The position numbers and the translations under genes were made by a program. Below, piece after piece: positions 10,143-20,568 of a stretch of 56,788 nucleotides of DNA. Location: the NCBI GenBank assembly GCA_039024555.1, contig JBCCQQ010000041.1:1-56788 (forward strand), in the 5' to 3' direction. Origin of the DNA: Cyanobacteria bacterium P01_D01_bin.156 (GTDB taxonomy: Bacteria > Cyanobacteriota > Cyanobacteriia > Phormidesmidales > Phormidesmidaceae). Each line of letters opens with the position of its first letter. Positions within the stretch are counted from its first letter, which is position 1. Below the pieces are notes generated by a model. The model was given only the letters and a program-made list of their open reading frames with translations. It was not told where the DNA came from and ran no database searches.

Positions 10143-10622
10143 TTAGTGTCCATACATTTCTCGCTGACGCATGGGCATGGCATCAATGAGTGTAAAGAGT
10201 CTGTTGGATGTTACCGGTTGAGTACGTCTGAGCTTTTCAGTGCCATCTTTACCAAAAAGCAATACTGTAAACTCTGTGTTCTTCACATCAAAATACTCAT
10301 AGAAGGGCTGACTGGACATGTCGGTTTCCATTTCACCGTTACGCAAAACAGAACCATTATTAATAAACTCCCAAACAACTAAATCTCTAGCGTTTAGCCC
10401 GGCTCCCATTGCTGATAAATAATCCGCTTGTTGTGTCCGTTCAGGAGCGCCATCACTGGGTGAGAAGATCAGCAATACTCGTTTATCCCACTGATAATCT
10501 TCCATCAGGGCCTGAACTGTAGTGGTCGCTTTGGTCTCAGGGTGAGTAATGTTTCGAGGCGATGCATAAGCAACCATCGTTAATGCACTCAGGATTGCCC
10601 ATAACCGTATGGAGTATTTCAT
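10143..10622 (-). CDS. DUF4174 domain secreted protein
   Basis: Signal peptide; YQWDKRVLLIF, FTVLLFGKDGTEK, IDAMPMRQREM. Confidence 0.88.
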   Translation of the reverse strand: MKYSIRLWAILSALTMVAYASPRNITHPETKATTTVQALMEDYQWDKRVLLIFSPSDGAPERTQQADYLSAMGAGLNARDLVVWEFINNGSVLRNGEMETDMSSQPFYEYFDVKNTEFTVLLFGKDGTEKLRRTQPVTSNRLFTLIDAMPMRQREMYGH

Positions 10623-10727
10623 TGAATATAGGCCTCTATGGGCAACGCTTTCTACCTACCCACATTCTACGGTCAGGCTATTAAATAGGCTATGCAGATG
10701 GCTACCGCTGCCGCAAAGGTAGCGAGA

Positions 10728-11576
10728 CTAGACGCTTGACATACGACAACCCCGTACATATTGTCCAGGCGTTACCCCCACCATTTTCTTGAAGTGTCGA
10801 TGTAGATGGCTTTGATCTGAAAAACCCGTGGCTATAGCTGTCTCTGCAATGGGATACCCCAGCGTTAAAAGTTGTTTAGCTTGCTTGATGCGTACATGAT
10901 TTAAGTACGCATGGGGAGGTAGACCAGTCTGCTTTCTAAAAGCTCTCAACAGTCTAAAGGGGCTAAGATTGACCAGTTTGGCCAATGCCTCCAGCGATAT
11001 ATTCTGAGTGTAGTGATAATTTAGATATTCTTGCACTTGCCTAACAGCAGCATTCTCTTGACCAATCGATGATGCTTGAGGACGATTAGTGGCATATCTA
11101 TGAACTAGCTGTGTCAATCCCCACAGAAAGCAAGATTCTCTTTCTAATAAAGAGGGAGATGTTTCAAGCGTGCGGTGAAGGCTAATGAGCTGCTGATTTA
11201 GACGTTTATCCTGAATTACGGGAGACGCAAAATAGGGCATGCTATCTGAACCTTCATTCAGCTCTTTGGCAGCTTGTTGTAGCCAACCCACCGCCGGGAG
11301 TAATGTCCGATAGGTCCATCCGGTTTCCAAGAGCGCATGGCCCGTATGCATTTCCCCAGGCTGCACAATTCCAATGCTGCCAGCGGGCACCAGATGACTT
11401 GCCCCACGATAGTCAAACTCCATGACTCCTGATTCCACAATCGCAATGCCAAACCCGTCGTGGGCATGACGTGAAAATGAATAGGTCACATAGGTTGCAT
11501 GGAGCATTTCTAGTCCCCGCAACGCTGGGTCACGCCAAAATTTAACGTATTCTTTGGGGGTACTTTGACGCTGCAT
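10728..11576 (-). CDS. AraC family transcriptional regulator
   Basis: Cupin motif FSRHAHD...PGEMH; C-terminal HTH GFSDQSHLHRHFKKMVGVTPGQY. Confidence 0.95.
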   Translation of the reverse strand: MQRQSTPKEYVKFWRDPALRGLEMLHATYVTYSFSRHAHDGFGIAIVESGVMEFDYRGASHLVPAGSIGIVQPGEMHTGHALLETGWTYRTLLPAVGWLQQAAKELNEGSDSMPYFASPVIQDKRLNQQLISLHRTLETSPSLLERESCFLWGLTQLVHRYATNRPQASSIGQENAAVRQVQEYLNYHYTQNISLEALAKLVNLSPFRLLRAFRKQTGLPPHAYLNHVRIKQAKQLLTLGYPIAETAIATGFSDQSHLHRHFKKMVGVTPGQYVRGCRMSSV

Positions 11577-11819
11577 AAATGGCTTCAGCACATTGCGTGC
11601 TCAGTGTAGCGAGAAGTTTAATCAGCTGTCTTGTACATTTTTGCAACCTGAAGTCGACACAATCAGATGTGTCAACTGGCGTGGACTTTTGCCAAAGAGA
11701 CGGTAAGTCTGGATAGATTAGCTATGCATTCTGTAGCTGCGATCGCATGATCTTCAAAGTTGAAAAGTCATTTCCATCCGCCATAACGGTTTCAAGAATG
11801 CTGTTCCATTGGCCCCTCC

Positions 11820-12650
11820 ATGAATGATCAAGACCTAAGACAACAAATCAAGGGCTATGCCCAGCGACCAATGGAGCAGCGCAAACGGTGGTACTCAAGT
11901 GCAGCCGAGGCCTATGATCAAGTCAGACCCCATTACCCAATCTCCCTAATCAATCGGGTGGTGGACATTGCACAAATCTCCTCCCACTCATCCATCCTGG
12001 AAATTGGCTGTGGTCCTGCCACTGCGACGGTCTCATTCGCCCCTCTAGGCTGCTCAATAACATGCTTAGAACCGAATTCTGAGTTCACTCGACTAGCACA
12101 ACAAAACTGTCAGCCATATCCAAACATCACCATCAAAAATGTTTCTTTTGAGGAATGGCCCCTATCCAGAGGCTGCTTTGATTATGTACTGGCTGCCACA
12201 TCATTCCATTGGATTCCTGCAGAGGTTGGGTATGCAAAGGCTGCCAGTGCCCTTAACGATAATGGGAAATTAATTTTACTGTGGAATAAGGAACTGCAAC
12301 CTAACCACCGGGTTTATCAGCAACTAGCCAACATATATCAACACCACGCTCCAGAGCTGGCTCGCTACGAAGATCTATCAACACAGCAAATAGTTTTAGA
12401 CAGCCTAGGCAATCTAGTGCTGGAATCTGGACATTTTCAAGAGATGGTGAGTGAACGTGTTACTACTCAGGTAACCTACAGTAGTTCGGAATATTTAGCG
12501 TTACTAACAACCTATTCACCGTATTTACAACTCTCCGCTTCTACGAGACAAGCCCTATTCAAAGACTTGAAAATCTTTATCAACGAAACATTAGGCGGTA
12601 AATTAGAACTTGCCTATACGTCGGCGTTTCATATTGCTCAGAAAAAGTAA
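11820..12650 (+). CDS. Class I SAM-dependent methyltransferase
   Basis: ILEIGCGPATAT, AATSFHWI. Confidence 0.92.
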   Translation: MNDQDLRQQIKGYAQRPMEQRKRWYSSAAEAYDQVRPHYPISLINRVVDIAQISSHSSILEIGCGPATATVSFAPLGCSITCLEPNSEFTRLAQQNCQPYPNITIKNVSFEEWPLSRGCFDYVLAATSFHWIPAEVGYAKAASALNDNGKLILLWNKELQPNHRVYQQLANIYQHHAPELARYEDLSTQQIVLDSLGNLVLESGHFQEMVSERVTTQVTYSSSEYLALLTTYSPYLQLSASTRQALFKDLKIFINETLGGKLELAYTSAFHIAQKK

Positions 12651-12666
12651 CAAATCCCATTTAAAG

Positions 12667-12711
12667 AGAAAAAGAGGAGAGCGATAAACCTTATCGTTCT
12701 CCTCTTTTTCT
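12667..12711. terminator. Bidirectional intrinsic terminator
   Basis: 21-bp stem agaaaaagaggagagcgataa/ttatcgttctcctctttttct between the convergent methyltransferase and desB genes. Confidence 0.85.
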
Positions 12712-12729
12712 ACAAGTTTAGAAACTCAA

Positions 12730-13779
12730 CTAGCGTCGAGGTTGATAGTAAACTTTTTGACCCTCATTGGGGACAAAAATACACTCACGTGCTGAGCGCC
12801 AAAAGCTAGTCCAGATAGAATCTTTAGCTTCACGATAATAGCCACCTAAAATCGGTTTAATCGCTTCGGTTGCATCTTTCAAATGGTAGTGAGGCATGTT
12901 TAGAAAGATGTGGTGAGCCACATGGGTCCCAATATTATGGTGAATGTTGTTCACAAAGCCATAGTCTCTATCAATAGTAGATAGCGCACCTTTTAAGAAA
13001 TACCAGCTATCATTGCGATACCAAGGAATATCTGGTTCTGTGTGATGCAGAAAAGTTACCAAATCTAGCCATACAACAAACACCAGATAGGGCATGATGT
13101 AGAAGTTCAGTAGAAACAAAAAGCCATACTGAACACCAATCCAGCCAAGGAAGGCTACAAAAGTGCTTAACCAGACCGTACTGGTAATAACATCCCACTT
13201 TTCTGAGGGACGAAAGAGATCGCTGCTAGGAAGGAAATGGGACCCTTTACGTCCAGGAGAACGCTTAAATAGATAAAAAGGATAGGCCAATAAAAACAGA
13301 TTGAAGCGAATTGCTTTCCCAACGGTATCCATGTCGTTGTAAGTATTCTCAGAAATGGGATACCAGCTCTCATCAGTATCTATATTGCCGGTATTGGCAT
13401 GGTGAGTGCGGTGGCTAATGCGCCAACCGTGAAATGGCACCAAAATAGGCGTATGGCTCAGATGTCCGATGAGATTATTCAGCCATTTGTGCTTTGAGAA
13501 AGAACCATGACCGCAGTCATGCCCCACAACAAATAGAGCCCAAAACATTGTGCCCTGCATCAACCAAAAAACAGGAAAGAATAGCCAAGAATTGAGGCTA
13601 TGGGCAATCGCATAAAGGCCAGCAATAATACCAATATCCAGAAAAAAGTAAGCTAGGGAGCGACCAGTCGAAGGTTCAAAACAATAGTCTGGAATCGCAT
13701 CTTTTAGGTCTTTTAAGGTAAAAGGTAGTTCACTTGGGGGTAGGTCAGATGACCGAGTTGGGCGAGTGGTTAATTGCAC
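12730..13779 (-). CDS. desB: Omega-3 (delta-15) acyl-lipid desaturase
   Basis: His boxes HDCGH, HRTHH, HVAHH; QGTMFWALFVVGHDCGHGSFS is typical of DesB/FAD7. Confidence 0.93.
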   Translation of the reverse strand: MQLTTRPTRSSDLPPSELPFTLKDLKDAIPDYCFEPSTGRSLAYFFLDIGIIAGLYAIAHSLNSWLFFPVFWLMQGTMFWALFVVGHDCGHGSFSKHKWLNNLIGHLSHTPILVPFHGWRISHRTHHANTGNIDTDESWYPISENTYNDMDTVGKAIRFNLFLLAYPFYLFKRSPGRKGSHFLPSSDLFRPSEKWDVITSTVWLSTFVAFLGWIGVQYGFLFLLNFYIMPYLVFVVWLDLVTFLHHTEPDIPWYRNDSWYFLKGALSTIDRDYGFVNNIHHNIGTHVAHHIFLNMPHYHLKDATEAIKPILGGYYREAKDSIWTSFWRSARECIFVPNEGQKVYYQPRR

Positions 13780-13870
13780 TTATCACCTACGTTTGACATC
13801 TAAAATCAAACCTCTAAGGTTGCCCCATTGCTACCGTGCGAAGGCTGCTCAGATTACGCCTTAGAGTTGA

Positions 13871-13888
13871 TTTACAAAGCTTTACAAT
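13871..13888. promoter_or_regulatory. HLR1 (RpaB-binding) direct repeat in the desB promoter
   Basis: TTTACAAA-GC-TTTACAAT is an exact match to KTTACAWW-N2-KTTACAWW, next to a minus-strand -10-like TATAGT at 13889-13894. Confidence 0.75.
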
Positions 13889-14102
13889 ACTATAAATTGG
13901 GCAATGCATCTGCTTGAGCTGGCAATTCATGCAAATCATCTGTATTTCTCTGTTAATCCTGTGAATAATGTTGAGTATCGCCGGTCATCGACAGGATTTT
14001 AGGTTTTCAATTTTCTGTCTTCAGAGGTTTTTTAGAGTTCGTCTCATTTCCTAAGCCAGCAACGGCGAATACCGATCTGTGAGCGAACTGGATCTGGCAG
14101 AC

Positions 14103-14540
14103 CTATTTGTGATAACTACCGCCTTGTAAGATGGTTTTGCCCCGGTAAAGCTGCTCTAGTAGAAGTAATCGAGCAACTTCATGGGGAAAAGTCATAGCTG
14201 AAAGGCTTAGTACTTGATGAGCTTTTTGTCTTAAATCTCGGCTAACGCCAGTGGGGCCGCCAATAAAAAATACCAACCGACCAGTTGCTTCCTGACCAAG
14301 CCATTGACTAAAAGCCACGGAAGTCAATTCCTTGCCGTCTTCTGAGAGCACAACCAGCTTGTCATTGGTTTTGACTGTATTGAGAACCTTTTGAGCTTCC
14401 GTACTGGGATTGCTATCTTTAATTTCTACTAGTTCAATTTCTGGCAAGCGCTGCAGATAACGGGCAATACCATCCCTAAGCCAGCCTTTTTTAATTTTGC
14501 CAACAGCAATGATTTTGACATTAGGAAAGCTCTGCCCCAT
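14103..14540 (-). CDS. rlmH: 23S rRNA pseudouridine-1915 N3-methyltransferase
   Basis: FFIGGPTG, LSLSAMTFPHEVARLLLLEQLYR, C-terminal YHK. Confidence 0.96.
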   Translation of the reverse strand: MGQSFPNVKIIAVGKIKKGWLRDGIARYLQRLPEIELVEIKDSNPSTEAQKVLNTVKTNDKLVVLSEDGKELTSVAFSQWLGQEATGRLVFFIGGPTGVSRDLRQKAHQVLSLSAMTFPHEVARLLLLEQLYRGKTILQGGSYHK

Positions 14541-14566
14541 TTAACTCCATCAGGTTTCAGTGCAGC

Positions 14567-15151
14567 TTATTCTACTGGCGTGGCAATGAATTCCGGTAGA
14601 GCTTCTGCCTGCGATGAGAATTGAGCAAGTTGTGGATATTCAGTTGGTGTAATCACATCAGCGGCATACAGCTGAGTAAATCGCCAGGCAACAGCAACTG
14701 TGATACTTGAGAGCATTAATGGCTCACAAGTGAGTTCTACAGCACTTGCTTCTAATTGGGCATAGGCAGCCTGTAGCTGGTTAGTAACTCGCTCCAGCCA
14801 GGGCTGATGCTGTTTCTCAGCGGGGCGCAATGTGCGTTCATAAACGATCTGTACTGTTTTGTCACAGGCCATCAGGCCAATGCCAATCAGCCTTAATTCC
14901 GGTGGATGGTTGGATGTCAGCGGTTTCTTGGATAGCTCATTGATGTATTGCAATATCAACGTCGAATCTACCAAAACCGTACCGTCATCAGTCACCAGAG
15001 TAGGTGCTTTGACAATGGGATTGATGTGACTGAAGGCTTCAAAATCTCGAAATACGGAAAGTGACCGGTGCTCAAAATCTATCCCTAAATATTTTAGAGA
15101 AATTGCTACACGTCTCACATAAGGTGAGTCCAACATGCCAATCAGCTGCAT
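14567..15151 (-). CDS. Glutathione S-transferase family protein
   Basis: GMLDSPYVRRVAISL, NPIVKAPTL, DSTLI. Confidence 0.92.
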   Translation of the reverse strand: MQLIGMLDSPYVRRVAISLKYLGIDFEHRSLSVFRDFEAFSHINPIVKAPTLVTDDGTVLVDSTLILQYINELSKKPLTSNHPPELRLIGIGLMACDKTVQIVYERTLRPAEKQHQPWLERVTNQLQAAYAQLEASAVELTCEPLMLSSITVAVAWRFTQLYAADVITPTEYPQLAQFSSQAEALPEFIATPVE

Positions 15152-15269
15152 TGGGCTTATTGCTCCAGGGGAATGCCCCTGAGCCTATAAGGGCTGATGG
15201 GAAATGGACTCAATCTGAGATGTTTCTTTAGATAGAAAACGATGATCAGGAACTAGTTATTTTTAATAG

Positions 15270-15875
15270 TTAGGATTGCTCATTTAGATAGTCAACTGCC
15301 CAACGTGCAGCGGCTAGACTAATGCGAGCTTGTTCCATGGGAGATAGGCTTTCCCACGCTACATCGCGTACGGAATTGATAGTTGCCTCTAAAATTTCTT
15401 CTTGGCCGCGCATGGCATGGGCGAGGGGGCGAGCCATTACCTGTAGGTCGGCATCATCCCAACCAGTCAGGGTATCGCGTACGCAGCCAATGAGCTGTTC
15501 GGCTAAGGGACGGCCAGTGTTAACCATTTGAGTAGCTTTGGCAGTAATTTGCTCAATGACATCCTGAGACAAACGACTGGCAAAACGTTGGGCGATCGCA
15601 ACTTGTATAGAGGGAGCACTCCAGAGGGCATTCAGCTGGGTAGACATCGCCTGCCAACCTGCCTGAGCTTCTTCATCTGACAGAGTAAGCTCATCACCAG
15701 CGGCGGTGGTTTCCACAAAATATTCAGGGGCTGCGGAAGGCCTCCATGGATACGGGGCCTTAGGGGACATAATAGACTCCAGCATGTCCTGTTCAGCTTG
15801 ATGTTCGGCGGATAGATGCTGCGGTGAAGATTTTTCTGAGTTGCCCATGGTAGTTTTACCCTCCCATAAGTTCAT
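15270..15875 (-). CDS. Conserved cyanobacterial hypothetical protein, tentatively PatU3-like (alternative start 15848)
   Basis: Clear ORF. PYPW motif, helical block LSQDVIEQITAKATQMVNTGRPLAEQLIGCV and terminal WESLSPMEQARISLAAAR recall PatU3 from memory; unverified. Confidence 0.6.
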   Translation of the reverse strand: MNLWEGKTTMGNSEKSSPQHLSAEHQAEQDMLESIMSPKAPYPWRPSAAPEYFVETTAAGDELTLSDEEAQAGWQAMSTQLNALWSAPSIQVAIAQRFASRLSQDVIEQITAKATQMVNTGRPLAEQLIGCVRDTLTGWDDADLQVMARPLAHAMRGQEEILEATINSVRDVAWESLSPMEQARISLAAARWAVDYLNEQS

Positions 15876-16081
15876 TGAGCTGTGACAGGAAGAAGATACA
15901 GACTGAATTCTTGATGTTCCGCACCTAACTGTTGAAGTTATGGAAAACTTACGCCAAAAGACGTAGGTTTGTATACCCAGTGAGAGGTGTTTGATACTGT
16001 GTATGCTTTGGCCTATCTAGAATAGACGACTTTTGCCATTGCTTTTCAGGGAATCACAACATATGAGATTCGGGTTGGGAT

Positions 16082-17737
16082 TTAGGTGGCAGCTGTTGGT
16101 TCAATCACAAACTCCAGGAGGCAACCATCAGAGCTGCCAAACCGCAGCTGGGTCCCGGACGTAATCGGCACTTCTTGACGATGAATTTGCTGCCAGCCGT
16201 CGAGACCAAGGTAGTAGGTCCCGTAGCGGGAAAAGTCACGCAGAAAATAGGTGGGCTCTGCAGGGGTGCCCGGACCGATACGACGGTAGAAAATTTCGGC
16301 GTGTTTGCTAGATACCCAGGGTTCTGAGATGACCAGATCATTATCTGGCAGGCGGCCAACACGCATCAGCCCACGATAAATTGGCCAAATGCGGCCATCA
16401 CCGCCAATCTCCCGGATACTGATGCTGTGGGCTGCTGTGCGTCCGCCAATGCCGGAATCTCCAGGTAGACGGGTGATATCCGTGGGCATGGGGGTGAGTA
16501 ACTCACCGTCAAAATCTGGGTGCATGTAGAGCACCGGTAGTGTCCAAGCAGGTTGATTGAATTTATATAGGGTAAGGAGATGCTGCCGTGCGATCGCAAC
16601 AGCTTCATCCACAGCTTTCCGTTCTGCCAGAGCCTGGGCAAATACTTTGATAAAGCTCACCGCCTCTTCATCTGCAATGGAATCGCGCATCGCTAAAACA
16701 GCAGGAACCCCATGGTGTAGCAAAACTTCAGCCAGGCTACTGCGGGGAATTGCCTGTTGACCACTGCGTTCCGGCTGAGCTCCCCAGCAGGTATTAAACA
16801 CCGCTAGCTTAACTCGACAGCGGGTCAGTACTTGGGCCAGCTCCGTGCCGTTTAAAGCAGCCTTTGGCTGCAAAAATAACAATCCCCCATCGGGGGCAGG
16901 AATACCATGTCCGGCATAGAAAAACACGTTATAGCGATAGCGTTCTAAATGCTGAATGAGCTCTGCTGGCGAAGGTTGCAAGAGCACATCCACCTGGCGT
17001 ACCACCCGACGCCGTCCAGGGATAGAGTCCCCGGGGCTTTCTAAAATTTCTTTGAGCAAATTAGCTTCCTTTTCTAGGCTCAACGTAGAGGCTGCTCGAT
17101 CCTCTGATGCACCATCATCGTGCCCGACGACCAGCAAAATTCTTAAGCCATTGTCTAATCCCCAGTCAGACAGTGGATCCACCTCACTCGTCGTCCGACT
17201 AAATAGGATCTGTTGATTAAGCGCCACCGCTGGACGCCCTGGCTGAGCCTGCATAATCTCCCAGGGCACGCTAATCAATTCTGGATCTCGAATCTCCAGG
17301 CGGAGTCGCATCACCGTATTTTGTCCCTGGGCAATGCCGCGACTCCGATCCAGACTGCTCTGCACTGGCCCATCAAACAACCATTGCCACAGGTTTAGCC
17401 CCAAATGCTGCATTAATCGACTGCTGTAGCTATTGGACTGACTCGCTGCGGAGGGGTCGCCACCATTAGGGCTATTGTTGTCCTCAAGCATCAGCTGTGG
17501 CACGTAGGCCGAAGGCACATGGGGCACCTGTGGTAACCCCCGCAGCGAAAACATCGACTGCCAGGTTTGCCAAGCTTGAGACAGGGTGTGGTTCCAAATG
17601 CGGTCGTGGTGCACATAGCCCCCCGGATAGGGAGATTTAAGAACCCAAATAGCATAGTGTTCCGGATCGGCAGCAGTGAGACGATCGAGCGCAAGCCATA
17701 AACAAAGTGACTTTGAAGATGCCATGGGAACGGTCAT
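16082..17737 (-). CDS. CHAT (caspase/HetF-like) protease with C-terminal FHA domain
   Basis: Intact catalytic motifs FFYAGHG and AVFNTCWG; VPWEIM; FHA motifs VGRLPDNDLVI, VSSKHA, DFSRYGTY. Confidence 0.9.
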   Translation of the reverse strand: MTVPMASSKSLCLWLALDRLTAADPEHYAIWVLKSPYPGGYVHHDRIWNHTLSQAWQTWQSMFSLRGLPQVPHVPSAYVPQLMLEDNNSPNGGDPSAASQSNSYSSRLMQHLGLNLWQWLFDGPVQSSLDRSRGIAQGQNTVMRLRLEIRDPELISVPWEIMQAQPGRPAVALNQQILFSRTTSEVDPLSDWGLDNGLRILLVVGHDDGASEDRAASTLSLEKEANLLKEILESPGDSIPGRRRVVRQVDVLLQPSPAELIQHLERYRYNVFFYAGHGIPAPDGGLLFLQPKAALNGTELAQVLTRCRVKLAVFNTCWGAQPERSGQQAIPRSSLAEVLLHHGVPAVLAMRDSIADEEAVSFIKVFAQALAERKAVDEAVAIARQHLLTLYKFNQPAWTLPVLYMHPDFDGELLTPMPTDITRLPGDSGIGGRTAAHSISIREIGGDGRIWPIYRGLMRVGRLPDNDLVISEPWVSSKHAEIFYRRIGPGTPAEPTYFLRDFSRYGTYYLGLDGWQQIHRQEVPITSGTQLRFGSSDGCLLEFVIEPTAAT

Positions 17738-17893
17738 AAATGTTGGGGTCGCAACATATAGAGTACAGGACAGGTAAGCCTGGATAGCGAAGCAGTTTCA
17801 ACGCTGAAAAATCAGGGAGCGGTGTATCAATCCTAGCCACGTGACGAAGCCTGAACCATATCCATCGGTCAATCTTGATTGATTCTTGAGTAA

Positions 17894-20128
17894 TCAGGAT
17901 GACTCAGGGGAGCAGCCATTGACTTCAGCGTTACGGGTACCAGCAGCTAGCTGCGATGCTGACACCCAGCCCTCAGCTCCAAATACTAGTGTCGTTACAT
18001 TAGGCTGTGTGACATTAGAACTTGGCAACTCTGAGACATTCGATTGCTCAGGGCGCCCTAAACGGCAGACCTTTACCTTAATCCAACGAGTTTCCTCGCT
18101 GGCAAGTTCCTGCTGAGTCATCACTTGAACAATGGCTCCCTCCATAAGCTGTCCGGACACCTGAGTCTCACTCTCAGAAGGTTGCAATGTTTCTAGTAAA
18201 AATATGGGTTCGAGCACCTGTAAATAGCTCCCTGGAACCAGCGTTGGAATCGCTGATTGATCATCTGAAATACCCACTCTCTGATTACTTTGGTTGAGGT
18301 TTTCCTGAATAGTCGCTGGTAGCGATGGAGCTGGCTCAGTGGATGGGGTGGGATTGTTGTCTCTAAAGAAAACCAGGGTCAGTACTGTGGATGTAGTGAC
18401 TATGGCTAGTAAACTCACGAGCCACAATAGGGAACCAGATTTTTTTTCTACTGGTACTGCAGGTAATTCTTTAGGAATAGCTGTGGTTGGTGATACCGGC
18501 GGCGATATGACTAGAGGTGGACCAGACGGAGGCAATGTTGCAGCGGCTGTATTGAGCGAAGCAACGGGAATCGCTGAAATATTTAGAGCCTGACTGTGAC
18601 TCGCCACAATACCAACGGTAACGTTGTCATGGCCGTTGTGAATATTCGCCAGCTGCAATAGCTCATTTACGGCCCTTGCTGGTTTGGTTTTACCCAAAAC
18701 AATGGGGCGTAACTGAGTGGCCCAAAACTGGTCTACTCGGTCGTAGTCGCTCAGACCGTCGGAGCAGAGCAGCAACACGCCATCTCCATCGAGAATCAAA
18801 TGCTGAACATTAATATGTAATGCCGCAGCGCCTCCCATACCCAGTGCTTGAATCAGGGCACCCGTACCAGGCCGCTGTACTACATCAGCATAAAACCCAT
18901 ACCCTAGGCGGACCTCACGAGCGGCCACATCATCATCAAAGGTAATTTGTTGGCAGCTATCGGCAGTGACATAATAGGCCCGACTATCGCCCACATGGGC
19001 AATGTAGGCATGCACACCCACAACTAGTGCCATGACTAAGGTGGTGCCCATGCGATTACGGGCATGGCGTAGCCCTTGGTCATTATGTTCGGAAATTTGA
19101 TTGTTAGCTGTGGCGATGGCCTGTTCAAGCGCTGCCGTCACAGCAGCAGGGTTATGGATTGTCTGCTCTGTTAGCTGATTTAGCAGAGGAGTTAGCTGAT
19201 GCTGAACCGTTGATATGGCTAAGCGGCTGGCCATATCTCCCCCCTCATGGCCGCCAATGCCATCACACACCACTAGTAACAAAGGCCGCTTCTGTTTAGC
19301 ACTGGCTGTTGGGGCCAGACGGTGGGTTTGCGTGGTACCACTGGCTGGATAACAGGCATCCTCATTACGCTTGCGGCTAGGTCCCTGGTGGGTAATGACC
19401 GCTAGCTCATGGTTCGATTGATATCCTTGGGAAACATCTGCGATCGCTTGATCTAAACAGGCTCTTAGTAGGGCAGGCGTTGTAATTTCCCCGTTTAGCA
19501 AACGGTGGCACAGATCCTCTAAAAAAGCGCGGATAGACCCATGGCTACTGGGTACTAACAATTGCCATGCCAGAGCTAACTCTTTAAAGGATGGAGCCTG
19601 AGCGTCCAAGGATAGCTCCAATAAACGCACCAGCCCACCATCCACTCGTAGCTGTTCACCGGGCAAGAGACTACTCGCAACTTGTTCCGTTAAAAAATGG
19701 GGCCATAGCCCAGCAATTTGCCATAGCCAATTTAGCTGCCGCAGGGGGGAGGCTGTTGGCCAGGCTTCGCTAAGGGTGGGCAACAGGCGTGGGGTAGCAT
19801 CATGGGTTACCAGAGGAGCTTTATCCAGCAACAGCAGTTCGCCATACAGCCCATAGGGCTGGGGCATATGCACACTGTGGCAAGCTAACGCTAAATATGG
19901 CAAAACAGCTGCCGGGAGCGGGTCTGGAGACTCTGGAGGTGATAGCCCTGGCTGGGTATCCACCACCACTTGACCCTGTTTCCAGCTGTAACGCTTATCT
20001 AGATTGTCAAATTTGCTAGGACCTACAACCCATAGATAGCGATGGGGGATGACCGTCTGGCAGGAACGGCAGATTTGGCTACCTTCTGGATTCGCGATTT
20101 GACACTCAGGATTTGGGCAGTTAATCAC
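17894..20128 (-). CDS. Membrane PP2C/PPM Ser/Thr phosphatase with N-terminal zinc ribbon and degenerate kinase-like region
   Basis: CPNPEC...[48 protein letters not shown] helix [22 protein letters not shown]. Confidence 0.9.
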   Translation of the reverse strand: MINCPNPECQIANPEGSQICRSCQTVIPHRYLWVVGPSKFDNLDKRYSWKQGQVVVDTQPGLSPPESPDPLPAAVLPYLALACHSVHMPQPYGLYGELLLLDKAPLVTHDATPRLLPTLSEAWPTASPLRQLNWLWQIAGLWPHFLTEQVASSLLPGEQLRVDGGLVRLLELSLDAQAPSFKELALAWQLLVPSSHGSIRAFLEDLCHRLLNGEITTPALLRACLDQAIADVSQGYQSNHELAVITHQGPSRKRNEDACYPASGTTQTHRLAPTASAKQKRPLLLVVCDGIGGHEGGDMASRLAISTVQHQLTPLLNQLTEQTIHNPAAVTAALEQAIATANNQISEHNDQGLRHARNRMGTTLVMALVVGVHAYIAHVGDSRAYYVTADSCQQITFDDDVAAREVRLGYGFYADVVQRPGTGALIQALGMGGAAALHINVQHLILDGDGVLLLCSDGLSDYDRVDQFWATQLRPIVLGKTKPARAVNELLQLANIHNGHDNVTVGIVASHSQALNISAIPVASLNTAAATLPPSGPPLVISPPVSPTTAIPKELPAVPVEKKSGSLLWLVSLLAIVTTSTVLTLVFFRDNNPTPSTEPAPSLPATIQENLNQSNQRVGISDDQSAIPTLVPGSYLQVLEPIFLLETLQPSESETQVSGQLMEGAIVQVMTQQELASEETRWIKVKVCRLGRPEQSNVSELPSSNVTQPNVTTLVFGAEGWVSASQLAAGTRNAEVNGCSPESS

Positions 20129-20462
20129 TCTCGGATACCACTCGGGGCAAGCCCATACTGTAGTTCAGTACGCGGCTTCTCAGGTTGTAGCTAATTTGAC
20201 CCGACTGCAGCAACTGTTTTACAAAATGCTCTAAGTCAGAGCCAATACGACGCAGATTGTAATCAGTTAACGCTTCTCCAGCGGCTGCTTCCACTAAGCG
20301 ATCAAACTCTTTATACACTGACTGTAGCGACTCGTCAGACCAATTAAACTCATTGTCAGGATCAACATCTAAGGTGAGTTGACTCTCGCTGGGCACCAGC
20401 TCGTTCTTCTCAATTTCTGCCGCAAAGATGTGAATGTGGCGTGTGGTGGACTTGAGCAGCAT
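20121..20462 (-). CDS. ndhM: NAD(P)H-quinone oxidoreductase subunit M
   Basis: [13 protein letters not shown]...[13 protein letters not shown]...[16 protein letters not shown]...[11 protein letters not shown]. Confidence 0.97.
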   Translation of the reverse strand: MLLKSTTRHIHIFAAEIEKNELVPSESQLTLDVDPDNEFNWSDESLQSVYKEFDRLVEAAAGEALTDYNLRRIGSDLEHFVKQLLQSGQISYNLRSRVLNYSMGLPRVVSESD

Positions 20463-20568
20463 GGATCATTGCATAGATTAAAGATGAGTCCATTGTAAAC
20501 GTTTCCTCGCAGACGCCTGATGGTCTACTGTCAGCTTTAACAGAAGCCTCAGCCTTGTAGACGCCGTC

